From NCBI GenBank assembly GCA_016748015.1, contig JAAOMT010000561.1, forward strand, positions 194,026 through 258,025: 64,000 bases of DNA, read 5' to 3'. Position numbers and translations under genes: made by a program. The DNA comes from Geosiphon pyriformis uo1 (taxonomy: Eukaryota > Fungi > Glomeromycota). Under the pieces are notes generated by a model. That model was given only the letters and a program-made list of their open reading frames with translations. It searched no databases and was not told the DNA's origin. Position 1 is the stretch's first letter, and each line of letters opens with the position of its first letter. This document shows, in pieces, positions 61,513 through 64,000 of the stretch.

Positions 61513-63706
61513 TCTTTACAATAAGATATCTGTTTTATTTTAGTAAGAATGAAAAATGATTGTGAAAGAATTTTAAATATATCTAGAGGAATTGAGATCT
61601 TAAAAAATACTGTCGTGATATGAGTAGAGGTATTTTGGATTAATTTTGAAAACATATTTTTCTTTTGAACAAAAAAAAAAAAAATTTATTCGTTTCAAAA
61701 AAAAAAAAGATCACCATTAACTGTTGTGTTTTATATAGTGGCACAGAACTTGATGCATTGAGAGGAATTTAAAGTTTATTTATGTATTACTCATACGAAA
61801 ACCAATAATGTATCTATGCTGTCTAACTTTGAAACGAAATGCATTTAGTACGTGTTCGATCATTCTATTCCAGGTGCTACTTTTTTATAGAGTTATAAAA
61901 ATGAGATGACTCAGCATTTTGCTAAAATGAAAGTTAAAATCTAGGCTTTCTGTTGTCCCTTATGAAATTTCTCTCAGATCAGATTTTTCAAAATTTATTT
62001 GGGCAATATTTAAAAAAAAGATATTTTAATTATATCAATTTTTTAAACTTCATTCTAACTTATAACTTATCTTTTATTACTATAAAAATACAACTGCATA
62101 ATCGCGATATGAATTTTTAGAATCAATATTAATTATATTATAGGCAAGTTATTTTATATAAATACTCACTTGATCCGATGTTCTGGATGACTTGATGTTT
62201 TATTCCTAATTTTTTGGGAAAGAAAATCAAACTCTATCACTTGATTTAGTCAAACTTTTGAATAGCATGCTTAACCCGTAATTTTTTTGAATTTCCTTTA
62301 ATATTAAGGAATATTAGCAAAGTATTTTTTTAGACATATTTTTAATAATTAAAAGTTATCTAATTTCTAATGTACAGTAGATAAGAAAAATTTCCAGTTT
62401 ATGAATTGAATTTAATTGACGAGACTTTATAATCTTAGCGATTCAAATTTTTTCAACTTTTAACCAAGAATTTATTAATTTCAATATATATCAATACCTC
62501 CATAAGTACACCCTCTATAAGTGGACTCTCTCTCTCCATACGCACACTATTGCCTAGTCTATAAATGCATGCATATGACAATTGTATAATAATGACTAAT
62601 CAGAAGTTTCTAAAAGTTTTTTAGGTAATGATAACATAATGTTAGATTTAGTTTTGATAGTTTTGATTGTATTTGGCATTGAAAAAAAGGTTATTTATGA
62701 AAAAATTTCTATTTTATTATTGGCTATTCTTTAAATGTATGCTCTCTCTAAGTATATTATTGCAGTGATTACCAAATTTATAATAATTTACACATATTGC
62801 AAAATTTGCAGTTTTAATTAAAAGTAAAAGATAAAAGAATGGCTAAAAATAATATTTAACAATATATTCACTTCATTTAATATCATGCAAAGTATAAAAA
62901 ATATACATATATCTTATAATTTAAATATATAAAAAATTAATTGTTAAAAATATTTGTATTATAAAAAGATTAATTAATTACACACAAAAAAAAATTTTAA
63001 TTATGCCTAAATATCAAAATTAACAAAGTCGACAGTAGAATATAATAATTTAATAACTCAAAATTTTTAAAAACTTTTATAATCATATTCTATTATAAAT
63101 ATCTGTAATAAAAATTTTATATATAACAAGAAATACAGTAGCGAATTTACTTTACTATTTATAAGTTAATATATTATTTTTATAATTCAGGTAATTTAAA
63201 AACTTCTAATATTAAAAAATAAAATGCTAAAAATATTTCCGCTTTATTTTATATAATTTGAATTGATATATCTTGTCAAAAAATTACATATATCAAAAAA
63301 GTAACTTTAATTATGTTATAAACACGAAATACTATAAGAATATTAATAGGGTTAAAAATCGCATGTTATAAAATAATTTTTTTCACAAATTAAGCAGTTG
63401 TATCTGAGATTCACAAAATTTTTTGAAGCTTTATTAACTACTGGATGGAGTAAAGGAATGCCTAGTTACTTTTTGCGGGTTCTTTATTTAATCCATAATG
63501 AGAATTTCTTAAAATAGGACTCATGACATATTGTATAAAAGTTTTCTGTTACATAAATAAATAATAAATGATAAAGGCAATTATTAGATTTTTGAAAATT
63601 TTCCTGCAGGGGGTTTATCATTTTGTGCATTTTTTTTGACTAAATGAATACAAATATTAATAATAAAATTCATTATTTTTAAGATATCTTATTTTAAACT
63701 TCTCAT

Positions 63707-64000
63707 ATGTTATCAATGGCACCTCAACAACTCTTTCGCGCTTTATCTCACGATTTCGGGAAATTATTGAATAGTCAGAATTTTTCTGATGTTAGGATTA
63801 TTGCTGGCGAAACGCCTAATATTAGAACTTTCCATGTCCATTCCCAAATTTTAGCAGCAAGATCCTCGTATTTTGCTATAGCGCTCTCTAATGATTGGGT
63901 TAAAAGAGAAAATAACACCATCGTCTTTTCTAAGCCTAATATATCACCCCACATTTTTGAGGTGATTCTTCGGTGAGTATTTTTTGCTTGATTGATATTT
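63707..64000 (+). CDS. BTB/POZ domain protein, first exon (continues beyond the window)
   Basis: SDVRIIAGE..FHVHSQILAARSSYF..KPNISPHIFEVILR, then a GTGAGT donor at ~63973. Confidence 0.9.

Overview
AT-rich eukaryotic (fungal) genomic DNA. The intron style and the BTB, GPCR and transposon families suggest Glomeromycota (arbuscular-mycorrhizal lineage); this is inference from family resemblance, not a database result. The window alternates between CpG-depleted, decayed transposon blocks and CpG-retaining gene islands. 1-7.6 kb is a degenerate Ty3/Gypsy LTR retrotransposon with an extra ORF after integrase. 8.2-22.8 kb is a heavily mutated LINE (APE-RT-RNase H) split by three nested insertions: an uncharacterised insert that itself holds a Tc1 copy, a solo LTR, and a 4.3-kb TIR element with a pogo transposase and captured gene fragments, including a TilS-like exon. 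23.7-27.6 kb holds an Mrr/DUF2034-like nuclease pseudogene and an intact TBL1/Sif2-type LisH-WD40 gene. 29.4-40.0 kb holds the most novel item: four divergent, intronless paralogues with Ser/Pro-rich N-termini, shared basic and PKA-like motifs, and a conserved ~110-aa C-terminal domain that looks beta-grasp/PB1-like. A young, internally deleted Tc1 sits among them. 42.4-50.2 kb is a better-preserved copy of the same LINE with a solo LTR. 54.6-61.5 kb has two 7TM/GPCR-like genes, one apparently disrupted, and a BTB gene starts at 63.7 kb. No rRNA, tRNA or CRISPR was seen. All alignments were done by eye.
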